This document shows positions 36,781 to 49,848 of a stretch of 64,000 nucleotides of DNA, piece by piece. The stretch comes from Lama guanicoe (taxonomy: Eukaryota), in contig MU055083.1 of assembly GCA_013239625.1 (NCBI GenBank), positions 1,423,819 through 1,487,818 of the forward strand, in the 5' to 3' direction. The notes under the pieces were generated by a model. It saw nothing but the letters and a program-made list of their open reading frames with translations. It did no database searches and was not told the DNA's origin. The position numbers were made by a program, and so were the translations under genes. The first letter of the stretch is position 1. Each line of letters opens with the position of its first letter.

Positions 36781-37234
36781 CTGCAAAGCCAGAGACTGAG
36801 GTTAGAAAACAGAGAAACCCGCAGCCAGGGCTCAAGTAGGAGCCTATGTTTGAACCCCCCTCCCCTCCCTCCCCTCTCCCCTCTGTGCCTAGAAGGGCTT
36901 GTGCGTCGTTTAATGGTCCGCTCTCGTTTCTTGAAATTCTAGTAATTTTTGAACACTTTTCCTTTTTGCATGGGCCCTGTGATTAAGTTGTGTAGTGGCT
37001 CCTGTTCTTAGCTTAGGAGAGGAAAGAGAGGAATTCTTGACAGTGCCAACCCTTGCAGTGGCAGAGGGGAAAATGGTCTCCTTTCCTCATCTGATTTTAT
37101 TATTCACTGTGCGTGTGTAGAGAGAAAACAAAACTGGATGTCATTCATTTTATTGGTACCCTGTTATTTCAGAGATGATTTTTGCATTTGATAAAGTAGT
37201 TGAAACTTAAAAGGGGGAAGAAGAGAAGGCACTT

Positions 37235-37428
37235 GGGTGGCCGTAGTCAGGGAGACCTGGTTTCAGATCCTAGTTGGCCTCCACATTGCTTTGTGGTCTT
37301 GGGAAAGTTACTTAACTTCTTTGAGTTTCAGTTTTATCTGCAAAATGGGGGTGATAATAGGATTTCTTTCTTAGGGTGACTAAAAAAATCAGTTGTGTGT
37401 ATGAGTACTTATCACTTTGTCAGGTGTT
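37235..37428 (+). mobile_element. MIR SINE
   Basis: cttgggaaagttacttaacttctttgagtttcagttttatctgcaaaatgggg. Confidence 0.75.
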
Positions 37429-37734
37429 TAAAAAGAAAAACATTGAAGACGAAGGGAAAAAACAAAACAGAAGTGGAATCAGAGGCAAAAGTCAGCCTCA
37501 GAGGTCATACTAGAATGATCATAAATGAGCCACAAGTTTAGTTCTGTAGATATTTGTTGTTTAATGCACTAGTTGTTTATATCTTTTTCCCAATCAGTTT
37601 GTGCATTTCTGTAGGGCAAAGACTGTCTTAAAATCCTTTGAATTTCACACAGAGCTCAGCCCTTAACAGGTACTTGGTAAATATGTGCTAATTTTGAAAA
37701 CATGCAAGAGCTCTTAATAAAAGAACAAGAAAGC

Positions 37735-38878
37735 TCTAATGTATAAATCTGAGGCAATCCCATTCAAAAATCTCCATAGGATTTTTAAATGGAATTTAGT
37801 AAATTGACTTTTAAATTTATCTGGAAAAAAAATTGTGAGAATAGCCAACCTTTTTTTTAAAGATACAATAGGGAGGAGCCTGATTTACAAGGTATCAAAA
37901 CATACCGTAGAGCTTTGGTAATTAAAAATTTGTAGTCTTGGTGTACAAATGGACAGATGGATCTGTAGAACAGAAATATGAAGTCCAGGAACAGTCTTAA
38001 TTCTGTGTGATAGTTGAACATATGGTAAAGGTAACATTTCAAAGTAGGGGAGTGAATAGATTATTCATTATATGGTGTTGGGACAATTGGTTATCTCTTT
38101 AGGAGAATAATTAGAGGAAGTCCTACCTTATCTCATATATAAAAAATAAATTGCATGCAGTTTAAATATAACAAGCAAGCATTCTAATGCTTCTACAAAC
38201 ATTAGAAGACAATATGTTTGTAATTTTGGGTCTGAAGGACTTTCTAAGCAAGGCAAAACCTCAGAAGTCAGAAAAGAAGTGATTGATAAATTTAACTACA
38301 TCAAAGTTTAATGCTTTGTAAAACAAATGATCCCATGAACAAAGTAAAAAGGTAAGTGATAGGTTGAAAGAAAATAGTAACAATATGTTCAACAAAAGAA
38401 TAATATCCTGGATATATAAAGATCTCCTGTAAATAAGAAGGCAATCCAAACAGACAAAAGATAACCAACACTTCAAAGAATAATTAATACAAATGGCCGA
38501 TAAGCATAATAAATATAGCCTAGATAGACTGTGATTACTAATTAGATAGCAGTTTGGAAAATGCAGACTGAAACAAAAGCAAGGCATTTTTTTTTGCCCA
38601 TCAGATTTACTGAAAATAAAAAGAGTGATAACCTCTTGTGTTGGTGATGTGTGGGAAATCAGGGAACCTCATATAATGCTGGTGGGAATATAAACTAGCA
38701 TGGCTCTTTGGATAGCAGCTTGGTAGAATATATTTAAAATGTGCATTTTATTTGTCTCAGCAGGTCCTTTTTTAGATATCCATGTTTGAGAAATTATCAC
38801 TATGTGTACATGGAGGCATTTACAAGTTGTGTGCTGCAGCATGATATATAATAGTGAAAAACTAGAAACAATCTAGTG
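37735..38878 (+). mobile_element. Old L1 (L1M) ORF2 3' region remnant; resumes at ~39787-39880
   Basis: gcaatcccattcaaaa...ggtgttgggacaattgg...gctggtgggaatataaactag...ctagaaaacaatc; heavily degenerate. Confidence 0.8.
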
Positions 38879-39317
38879 GCTGAGAGTACTGTGAAAGGCA
38901 GACTTAGAGACACAGAAGCTTTAAGGAAAGAAAAATAGTTCACTTGGCAAAGTTCTGCAAGGGAGTCCAAATTCAGGACTGGCTTGCTAATTAAAAAATA
39001 CAACAGGTATTTAAAGTAAAAACCCACAGGGTTGCAGTGTTATAGTTTGTCTGTTCATGGTGGAAAATTAGACATGATTATCATAAGAATATTGCAAACA
39101 TCAGAGGAAAAAGTTGTTTTCTTAGTGGGTCAATAATTTACACAACGGGATTAAGGTTTTTTTCTATTTTGGGAACTAGAACCAGATGTAATTTTTTTTC
39201 TTATTTGTTTATTTCAGGGTCAAGGTGTGAACTATTTCTTTTCCTTTTTTTCTTTTCCTGTCTCTAGAAGGTGACGTGTGCTTACTCACTGGTAGGGTAA
39301 GGTTTCAGTTTTCTCTC

Positions 39318-39786
39318 ACTGCTGGCTGCCACCCAATATCCATTATCCTTTTTTAGTTACAAAATCTTAAATTTTGTTTGAGACAGCACTCATGTAAAAG
39401 ACCACATTTTTCCAGCTTCCTTTGCAGCTAGGCATGGCCACATAACTAAGTTCTGTCCAGTGAGATAGAACTGATAGTATGATATGAAACTTTTGGAAGG
39501 CTGCATTAAGGGAGCAGCCTTAGCTGGGTGATAGGTCATTTTGTTTTCTTCTTTTCCTTCCAGCTGCCTGTAACAGGATGTGTTGGTGGGCTCATGAGAC
39601 AACCTTGGAAAAGGAAGCCATGTGCTAGGATGGTGAAGCTGGAAAACGGGGTGTGGTATCTGAAGACCATTGAGCCCCTGAATTGTCTGGGCTTCTTTCA
39701 CACTAAAGAGAAAGTATCTTGTGTTTATGACACTCTTATTTGGGTTTTCTTTAACATGAATCCAGACTTAATCCTAATTGATGCAA
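39318..39786 (+). mobile_element. MLT1J-like solo LTR
   Basis: ttccagcttcctttgcagctaggcatggccacataactaagttctgtccagtgaga; ends atcctaattgatgca. Confidence 0.75.
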
Positions 39787-40669
39787 ACCTAAATGTCCAT
39801 AATGAGGAGAACAGTTTAAAATTTGGGTACATCTGTACTATGGAATATTACCCATCACCTACAAAGAGTGAGATCAACCCACATGTTGTTCTTTAAATAA
39901 TGGTTGTCAGAAAGGACTGCCTTTTCTACTTTTTTTGGTTCTACTCATCTGTTCAAGGATTCCCTCAATCAAAACCTTCTTTAGGAAGCATTCCCCAACT
40001 GTACCAGAAGGGGTTGCGCACTTGTCTGCGCTTCTGAAATATGTTTTGCTCCTGTTAACCTTTGGCACTCAGCCAAAGGTTAGACTTGTGTTATTAGTTA
40101 TCTTTTTTAATGCAAATGTAGCATCCTGGTTCCCTGGTTAGACCAGAGCCCTCTCAGGGCAAAAACACTTAATTCAGTGATGAAGGCTCTGTTTTGCTTG
40201 AACTCCTGCTCTAACGGAAACACTGTGCTTGGTGGCTGACTGCATATAAAGTTGATAAGAAGTGATCTGTTTCCAGGGAGTTTACTGCTTTAGTGGAGGT
40301 AGAGGGCATGTATGCATCTATGAGGCTGTGGGAGAACATACATTTTGCAAGAGAAGTTTAGCAAATAAGATACAGGTTTATAGGAAAGAGGTAACATTTT
40401 ATTGGGACAGGGTTGATAAAATACTCTATCATCTCATTTGTTTTTTCTCTCCATTCATCCATCTCTATTTCTGTCTATATTAATTTATTTCCTCTTCCAC
40501 TTTCAAAAAGTGATTTGAGGCAGCTTTTTATAATAAATGTGCAAACACTGATGAGGAGATTAGAAACCAGAGACAAAGAGGAAACAGTACAAGTAGTCCT
40601 ATTTGACTATAATACGGGAACAGGAGTGGAATTTTGGGAAAATGAGGCTACAAAAGTAAGATGTCAGCA

Positions 40670-41055
40670 ATGTTACTCTTGGGAGTTTACCTGAGAAAAG
40701 CTAAGGCTTATTTTCATGCAAGAACTTGTATGTGAATGTTCATAGCAATTTTATTGGTATTAGCCCCACACTGGAAACTACCCAAATATCCTTCAGTGGA
40801 TGCATGGTTAAACATACTGTGATGCATCTGTACTGTGGAATACTGCTCATCAATACAAATAAAGAATTCCATTTATGTAACATTCATGAAATAATTATAG
40901 AGATGAAGGACAGATTAGTAGTAGCCAGGGGTAGAGATGGGGGATGGGTAAGACCTATAAAGGAGTAACAGAGGAAGTTTCATGGTAATGGTACAGTTGA
41001 GTATCTTGATTATAGTGGTGATTACCCAAGGCTACACATGTGACAAACTGTATAA
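40670..41055 (+). mobile_element. L1MC/MD-like 3' fragment
   Basis: gaatgttcatagcaattttatt...ctggaaactacccaaatatccttcagtgg...agattagtagtagccagggg. Confidence 0.75.
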
Positions 41056-42442
41056 CTGGCAAAATTAAAGGGAAAGTGGAGCCAGAGGAGGCGTAATTCC
41101 TTATGCCTCAATAAGGAATTTGTACCTAATTTTGTAGCCAATGGATAATTAGAAAATTTTGAAGAAGTAATTGACAAGATGAGAGCTGTGGTTTAGGGTA
41201 GTTATGTAGCAGGTAGGATGTAAGATGAACTGGATCAGGAGGACACAGACAGCAGGAAGGCCAGCTGGGAGGCTGTTGCCCAAGCTGCGTTTCCTATAAA
41301 TATTTACCTTTTTCAGATTGTGGTGCTGAGCAAGAGTGGTGGTTATGTGAAAGAAAGTAGAAATCCAGGAAAGTCATTCATTCAAAGATGTTTACTACAC
41401 ACCTATGGAAAGGCCCTGAGATGAATAATAGGTTTCAAGCCTTGGTGTCTAGAAGACAGGAGTAGCATTAAACCAAAGGAGTTAAATTGCAGCAGGGTTG
41501 GGAGTGGAAGAGATGGTAAATTTAATTTGGACAGGTTGAGCTTAAGGTGTTGGTCAAAACATCCTGGAGGAGTTAGAATGGGAACTTGGTAGGGTAGCAA
41601 AGTTGAGGGAAGATGTTTGCAGGCAGAGAAGAAGGAACCATTGGAGAGGGAACCATTAAAGATATGAATAGTAGGTTGACGGGTTTAACAAGGAGGGGTG
41701 ATCACTTGGGAGCTAGTGAAAAAGATGGAAGGGCTCCTGGTTAGGAAGAAGACAGGCATAGATTTTCAAGTTAAAAGGAAAGAACTGGATAAAGACCTGG
41801 GCTGAATGACTGATATTCTTAAAATAATTTTAGACAGTACTTTTTCCTATCTTTAGTGGGAAAAATAGGGAACTGCCAGTAACAGGGTCTCCAAACTATT
41901 GGTTGTTTTTGATGATGGCCGCGATAGGTGCCGTAGGGGTCATGAGGAAGAGGTTAACTGAAGATTTGAAATTGGATTGGGAATAAGATCCACGCAATTA
42001 ACTGATAATTGACTTCAATTGAACTTCCCTCTCTATCTGATCACTGTTGTCTCTCAGCTGTCCACATGAAGTATTCATTTGTGTCCACAACAGTAATAAC
42101 AGTACTTGATACTTAGTGCTAACTGTGGGCCAGCCATTATGCTGAGTGCTTTTGGTGCTTTGTCCTGTTTAATTCTTACAGTAGTTCCCATATTGCAGAT
42201 AAGAATACTGAAGCATAGATTTATTAAAATTTCCAGTTCATGTACCTGCTAAGTGACAGAATAGGAATCTACATGCAAATTTGTCTCCCTCCAAAAACCT
42301 GCTGTACTGCTATTTACCTTAGAATTCCCATGGTTTTCTGTGGAAGCTTCCTGAGGGCTGGGACCTGGTTCATCTGACCCACTTTGTGCAGTACCCACTC
42401 AGAGTTATACTAAGCTCTTAGTAAGAGAAACATATTAGGTCT

Positions 42443-42871
42443 TGTATTAGTTTCCCGTGGCTGCTGTAACAAATTACCATGTACTGAGCGGCTTAAAACA
42501 ACACATGTTTATTCTCTCACAACTTTGGAAACTGGAAGTCTGAGATCTAGGTGTCAGCAGGGCTGCACTCCCCCTGGAGGCTCCAGGGGAGAGTACTGTC
42601 TTGCCTCTTCCAGCCTCTAGTGGCAGCTGGCATTCGTTGGGCTGCATCACTCCAATCTCCGCTTTTGTCTTCACACGAACTCTGTTCTGTGTCTTATAAG
42701 GACACCTGTCATTGCGTTTAGGGCCCACCTGGATAATCCAGGATGATATCACCTCAAGATCCTTAATTAAGTCTGTCAAGACTCTTTTTTTTTCTAAATA
42801 AGGTCACATTCGTAGGTTCTGAGGGTAGGGCATGAACATATCTTTTTGGTGGCCACCATTTAACCCACTAG
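42443..42871 (-). mobile_element. MLT1B/C-like solo LTR
   Basis: tgtattagtttcccgtggctgctgtaacaaattacca...gggcccacctggataatccaggatga...atttaacccacta. Confidence 0.9.
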
Positions 42872-45800
42872 AAGTCTGATAGTAAAAATGATACAACTAG
42901 AAGCAACTGCTGAGGGGTTTGTGTCACCTTTTCCCTCTTTGCAGCCCATAGTCAGGTCAAACACTCAAGATCTGTTTGCACTTTGACCTCTCAACATCTG
43001 AATAGTGACCTTTTATTGGTTGCAGGGGACTAAGGCATATATGAAGGTATGCTTCAAAGGTCGGACATTTTTACATTTCAATGGAGCATCATATTTTAGG
43101 ACTCAGTCTCTCAGGAAGAGCCTGTGCTGGTTTCCCCAGGTGGAGTTAGCTGCTCATTTCTCTTGGCTCTTATAGCATTTTGTTTATGTTTTTGTTACTG
43201 CACTTATCAAGACTTACTAAAGGTTACTCATTTGTATTTTTATCTCCCTCATTAACTATGAACTCTAGAGGGTGTTCACTATGTCTTATTCATCTCTGTT
43301 TGGTAAATGTTGAAGAAGTCAGTCAGTGAAGGAATGGACTAAGGAAGGAGTCAAGTAAAGGGGCATGCAGATCTGCTGGACTTCCCAGATCATCTAATCT
43401 GAACATGGACATATGAACAGACCATAAGGCCTAGGCTGTGAATTAATTGTCACTGTATTATTAACTTCTTGTGCTGTACATACAAGGCTCTCAGTAAAGA
43501 ATGCTTGATCGAATTGAAAGTGAAATAAATATTGAAATTCGAGAGCTTAGAGAGTAGTGAGATTTGATTGCTTCTTAAAAGCCATGCTGAATACAGCCCC
43601 CCAAAATCTAATTTACTTAATCTGACATAGAAATTCCTGAAAACAGTCACCTAAATAATTTTGCTTTATATTTGGTGATACTTGACTTAAGAGTCAGCCC
43701 AGTTAGAGCAAAAAGAACAATTGTCTTAAAATTAGACAAACTGGACTGAAGTCCTGTCTTGCTCCTTACTGTATATATGATCTTGAGCAAATTACTTAGC
43801 CCCACTGAACCTTTTTTTTTTTTATCTGTAGCGTGTGGGTAATTATATTGCCTTTCTTCCATAGGTGCTAATGAGGATCAAATTAGTTTGTTACAGATAC
43901 TTTAAGTGCCTTACAAACAGAAGGTATTAATATTGTTGAAATCTTTTCCAGCTTCAACAGATAATAACTAGAAAACATACCAAGAGGTGACTCATTAAAA
44001 TAGAAACCAGTAATCAGAAAAACTTCAAGATTTTGCTGTGAGAATGGTCTTGATAATAAGGGAGAATAATAATTTCTTTATGGTGTCTTGTGTTGGTGAT
44101 GATCTAGTCCAGTACTGTATTCCCCATCCTAGATTTTAGCAGTCAATTTGTAAATGATACACATTCTTTACTATAGCTCCCAGGAGTAAGAGAGATAGGA
44201 GATAAATCAAGAGAAGAACTAGTTATAACTGTAGTAACCCAGGAAGGAGATGGAAAATGGCTTGAGTATGGAATGGTAAATATTATCTTGTAGGCTCATA
44301 GACCTACACTTTGGAAACACTGCTCTAGTGGGAATCTAAATATTTGACTTCCATGGTGGTTGTATTATTTATTATAGGACTTAGTGGAACCTATTGCTTA
44401 GAGTGGGATACCCCTCCCAGAACAAGCTGGGAAAATCTCCAGGATGCCAGCCGGGGCACTGAGGAGAGTTTCCAGGGACTTAGGCCACTGCCACTCCCTC
44501 CCTTCCTGGAAAAGAATGCGAAGTGCAGCTTCCACCCCCAGATCCAGGCCATATGCTCCATTAAGCATTGTAGGCGCCAGCATTTGCAGAACCTTGCGTT
44601 TCCCCTCTGGTTGACCCAGGAGCTGTTTGATGGAAGCTCTGCCCATAGTATTAGTGCTGGCTTAGGAAGCTTGGCTTTCTTGCCATCGTAATGGGTGTTG
44701 CAACTCCTGGGCTCTGTGGATCAGGCCAACAACAGCAGAGTAGAGTTGGTGTGGATTTTGAGGGTGTTGTGGGGAGATGACATTGCAGGAAAGAATAATT
44801 GATTTAAAACTGTTGCTTTTCTCTTAAAGGCAGGGGGCATGGCAGGATGGAAAGGAATAAGAAGTAGTATCTGCCCAAAAAATCCATCTTCACATTTTTA
44901 ATATATCACTGTCCAAATTGATACTTTCTGTGTGTGTGCTTCATTGACTCTATTTCCACTGTGTCTGAATAGAATTTAAATAATTTAGAAATAAAGAATT
45001 TTAATAAATCTCTCATCAGGCCTTGGGTAGAACCTCAGGGATTTGTTCACCGTCTAATTTCTCATCTTCAGATTCCTGTTGATTTTTTGTTATTTAGTTT
45101 ATGCCATAGTGTTCTTAATCTTTACATCATCTGGGAAGATTTACATTTGGAATATCGGGATAATCTTCACATGTATCTGAAGGAAACACCCTCCCCCCAG
45201 TTGCTTCACCCATGCGTCACTAGGAGAAATAGCAGTATAGGAAAAAAAAAATTGCTGCTGTGTGTAACCACTATACCCACAGAAAAGGAGTGGGAGAGAA
45301 AATACCCATGTGATGGAGCAATCATTCCACCCCCTGCCTAGAGCTGCCTTTTCTAGGAGCCAACTTTCCCCCTTGGGTCCTTGGGAGATGCTTAATTTTA
45401 ATTGACTCAGAGGACTTGACTTTGTGTTTGAAAACCACACAGAAATGGGAAGTAAGTTACGGAGTTCCACTGCCTTTCCACCCTGTCCCTCCAGCTACAC
45501 ACACATACACATATAGTAACAAATTCTAGGTACTCAACAGCCTTAAAACAGAATCTTGGGCTGGTACCAGAGTCTAGTTTTGTGATACATAGGCTTTGTG
45601 TTTCCTGCAGGCTTCTCAGAAGTTAAGTGAGCTCTAGTCACACAGAATGGAATTGCGTTGCAAACTTTGCCTGTGAGCAACCCAGTGGGGATGTTCCTCT
45701 AAATGGGATTTTTCCCTTTTCGTAAGTGGTTTCCAAACAATTAAAAATAGTTACACTAGTGGAGAGGGTAGATTGTGCAGGAGCAGATTTCATTGCTCTG

Positions 45801-46299
45801 AAGTGCTTTTGGTTTTGTGAGGGGATGTAATGCTGAATGTCTCTCCCAGTTCTCAACAGTTTTCCTGTCACTGGGTTCCATTTTTCATTTGCTGCCCTCC
45901 ACGTCTTTGTGTTTCACAGCCCATGGAATCTTGGCTTCAGTGAAATAAATGGACCCAGGAGAGAGCTATATTTTAAGAAACAGAATGATGATCACTCACA
46001 TTTTAAGTTAATAATAAAATCCGAGTGTAATTGGCCAGATCCTCCCAGCAGGCAGTGTGTGTAACTCGCCATCTGGCCAACGTGAGAGTCTGGCACTTAT
46101 GTGGCACAGGAGAGGCCACCCTCATACAGCCAATGAGGACCTACTTAAGATCATGTGGCCAAGGGAAGATTAAACACTGGGAAAGTTCTGTGAGCGGAGA
46201 GGGCAGACGAGGGCTGCAAAGGTAGAGGAAGAACTAAATTGTAGAATTATGTAAATTGTGGAACAACAGAGGGCTTATCTTTCCTACCTTTAAAAAACG

Positions 46300-47920
46300 C
46301 CCTTTCAGTCTTGTTCCTCTCCAGCTGCTGCCCTCCGTCCCTCTTCTCTTTCACAGCCAAGATTTTGAAAAGAGTGTATCCTTACTGTTCCCACTTCTTT
46401 ACCTTCCATTTATTCCCTGATCTACTTCTATTCAGTTTCTACCTCCTTTCCTTCACAAACTGCTGTCATTAAGATCATGGATGACTTCCTTGTTACAGAC
46501 AAAGACAAAACAAGACAATAGAAGCTTTTCGGTTTTATTTAACCTTTCACCATCATTTGTTTTGCTTTAATTTCTGTGACACTACTGTCTTGTTTTTATC
46601 TTCTTCCTCTGGTTGTTACGTCTTAGCCTATGAAGTCTCCTATTCTGTTCCACAGGGATCCTTCCATAGTCTCCTCTTGTACCGTACTTACTCTCTCTTG
46701 AGAACACCAGGCGTTTTCATAGCTACATCATTCATGTATCAACAGTTCTTAGGTCTGTACTGTTAGTCAAGTTCTCCTTCCTGAGCTTCGGACCCCATAC
46801 ATCCTGTTTTCTCCTGAATGTTTCTTTTTGCATGGCATGCCCCAAAGCTAACCTAAATTCAACATGCCCAGCTGCTCAAGCTTGTTTCTCCTCCTGTCTA
46901 ACGTCTTTTTGGTAAATGGCATCATAATATCCTGAGGTACTCAAGCCAGAAAACTTGGTATCTCCTTTGTTAATGGCTTCCTGATTGATATCCCTGTTTC
47001 CAGTATTGGTCTCTTCATGCAACAGGCAGATTTGATTTTAAAGAGTAATTCAGATCATATCAGTCCTTGCTTAAACGTTTCCAGTGGCTTTCCATCACAA
47101 GTAGAATAAAACGTCAACTTCTTACGATGCCCTGCCTGATCTGGCCCCTGCTTTTCTCTGTATCCAGTCTCTCACCACTAGCCTCTTTGTTTGCTCAGCT
47201 CCGGTGACTTTGGCCTTCCTTCCATCCCTCACCCACCTCAGGGCCTCCTGCTTGGAATATTCCAACTCCAGATCTTTGCATTACTTTTATGTGATTGGTT
47301 TAAATGTAATCTTCACAGGTAGATCTCTGCTAATCACCCTACTGAATTCAACATTCTCCCTGCCCACCCTGATTGCTCACTGGAATTTTCACTCTCTGAA
47401 ATTATCTCATTTGTTTACATTTTCACTGTTTGTCATTTTAGAATGTAAGCTCCATGGGAGCACAGACTTTGCTTTATCACTATATCCCTTTTACCTTGAA
47501 GAGTGCCAGGAACATAGTGAGTAACCAATAAATATTTTTTCTAATGAAACAACAAAAAAAAGGACTATGTCTCTAGATCCTGCGTTCAGCCAGATTGCTT
47601 GCAGTTCCCTGAACTACAGCATAGCTGTACATTGTGCTTCTTCTGCCTATAATGCTTCCCTCTTTCCTCTTTTTCAGCTCAGCTCCTTGACTTTGTTACC
47701 TCCTCCAAGAAGCTCTCTTTGATCTTGAGTTTCTGGTTAACACCGCCAATAGACGTTATAGCCCCCTATGCATATCACATATGCAGTTACGATGAAATTG
47801 TTTGTTAATATATCTGTCTCCCCTATTAGGTTAGCTCCTGTTAGGGATGGTATTTTATATGTATCCCCAGCCCACTGGGAATCTATTAAAAATCTACTTA
47901 AATAATTATTTTGTTGAATT
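46300..47920. mobile_element. L2 fragments
   Basis: ccagtggctttccatcac...agaataaaa, agaatgtaagctccatgggagcacagactt and ccaataaatatttt. Confidence 0.75.
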
Positions 47921-48084
47921 ATTTGTTAAATCATAGAATCCTTTGGTAATGTAAATTAGTGTCTCTCAAATTCTTCCACTTGCTAAGTTTTGATTTTTAG
48001 ACACTGAAGTTTTAAAACATAGAAGCATCACAAACTTACTTACAGAAAAGTCTCATGACCCCACTGAAGTTTTCAACAATAAGA

Positions 48085-48328
48085 ATAACGTTAAATATGA
48101 CACCTATAATTTATTGTCTATTTATATGCCATGAACTTCTGACACAGATCGTCTTATTCACAAATAACTTTCAAGGTGATATATATTATTTTTCTCATTT
48201 TACACGTGCATAAACTGAGACCCAGATGTAGTAATCTGTTCAAGTGCATGTAATTAGCAAAACAAAGCTGGAATTTGAATCCAGGTCTCTGATTTCTAAG
48301 CCCAGGCTCTTTCTGCTACACCATGCTG
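48085..48328 (-). mobile_element. MIR SINE
   Basis: cattttacac...aaactgagaccca...gctggaatttgaatccaggtctctgattt. Confidence 0.7.
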
Positions 48329-49168
48329 CCCCCTATGGGACAAGGTCACGTTTCAGAGCTGTTTATGAGAAATACCTGTCATCACTGTGAAGCTTTTTCT
48401 GATAAGCTATAGCATAAAGAAAGACGCTTTGAATACCATTGTTTTAATTGACCGAAAAATGGCACTAGTTTCAGCATGTCCTAGGCAAGAGCACTGTATT
48501 GCCTTTGACTAGTATGCTTTCTGTCTGCTCTCAAGCATAAAGGTACTTTGTAGAAGTTGTATCAACCCAGCCATGTTTTCTCGGTTAGCATTTGTCATGT
48601 CAACTCGGATTTATTTCCCAAGAGTGGAGGTGACTTATGAGGCGTCTCCTCTAGCTTGTTTGCAAGTTGTCTCCTGATTGTTGTATCCGCGATGAGACCA
48701 GACTGCTTACATGGCTGCAGGCTCAGGATTCTCGTTGTTCTAGGGTTTCTCTTCCCCCTTTCACCTGGGGATATTGGTGGCGTGTGGGTGGGAAATTTGC
48801 CCTTAATGCTTGCCCATGCAGCGACCTACTTCCTCCTTGCTCCTGTCAGCCCCTATTTATTAGAGGCTGGGTCTGTTCTCCTCTTTTACCTGGTTTTTGT
48901 CTGATTCCTTTTGTATCTTAGAAGCTTGGATTAGAACTGGACCTAATCTTCCCCACCCCTAAATGGAGGTGATCTCAGGTTATTGTCCTAGCTTCCTACT
49001 CCTCCACTGTTCTGACTTTGTTTACTCTATGCTTCTAGACTCTTACCACTGAGCAGTGTTTCCTACTGCTTGCTGGGATCAGTGACTCAACACAAAAGAA
49101 CCTTATCAGTGGAGACAGGACCAAGAATCTGGTGACTGAAATACAGAACTTTAGATCTTATTGCTTAC

Positions 49169-49382
49169 CGCTCATTGCCTTCCTTCTGTGCATCTCTGGG
49201 GATGGGGATGGGGATGGAAGACAGTCTATATGTGATGATGTGGAATTGATCTTCTTTAGGTTCTGCTCATCTGAGGGATCTATCAGCTTAGTGATGGATA
49301 AACCAGAAACTGGCTGTTTGTATCTTGCATAATGTAGAGCATCCATGATCCACCTCATTTCACGCCAGACTTCATCTATTTG
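49169..49382 (-). CDS. ANKFN1: ANKFN1 penultimate coding exon (QIDEVWREMRWIMDALHYARYKQPVSG...SPEMHRRKAMS+G)
   Basis: Acceptor ttttatttcaaag|CAA and donor AGCG|gtaagc. 214 nt = 71 codons + 1 nt; the final G joins AT of the next exon to give Asp. Peptide matches recalled ANKFN1. Confidence 0.95.
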
Positions 49383-49614
49383 CTTTGAAATAAAATGGTA
49401 AAAGACAATAAGTTATCAAACAGGTATTAAAAAAGTATGTTTCCCTGAGAGTCCAAGATGATGCATTTTCCAAGATAATGCATTTTCCACAGTGTTGGTT
49501 TTGAGCAAGAGTGAAATATTTTCAACATAGATTTGCTAAACCAGAAAATACCTCTTTTTTTTTATAATCTCTTGTGTCTTGCATAGTTTTACCTGAGAAG
49601 CTATTTCATTTAGT

Positions 49615-49848
49615 GAAATAGTGGAAGACCTGGATTCCAGCTAGAATCCACCACTTTTTGGTTCTGCAGCAACCTTTGGCAAGGCACTTGACCTCTTTGA
49701 GCCTTTGCCTTATTTATAAAATGTGGACAAAACAGTTCCCCTTTTATATCTCACAGAACTGCTGTGATGATTTGGTGAAGTGATAAATTTGAAAGTACTC
49801 TGTAAAACTGCAGGGTACATTTCTCACACATGTGAAGTATTATTAGTT
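49615..49848 (+). mobile_element. MIR SINE
   Basis: gacctggattccagc...ggcaaggcacttgacctctttgagcc...ataaaatg. Confidence 0.65.

Noticed and set aside
36781-36835. N-terminal extension (MSPGCGFLCFLTSVSGFA) of the 283-aa ORF, suggesting a single-exon gene
   Set aside because: It is intron read-through of the polypyrimidine tract and branch point. Homology starts at DSQP after a canonical acceptor, and the nominal start is a non-ATG codon.
36074-36942. Several overlapping plus-strand and alternative-frame ORFs (79-145 aa)
   Set aside because: Stop-codon depletion is expected in very GC-rich coding sequence; the peptides are low-complexity R/G/A/P-rich with no recognisable homology.
44344-44760. 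GC-richer intronic block with 82-115 aa ORFs as a possible extra ANKFN1 exon (also 50681-50914)
   Set aside because: No similarity to ANKFN1, no convincing splice-site pair, and the flanking exons already join in frame.
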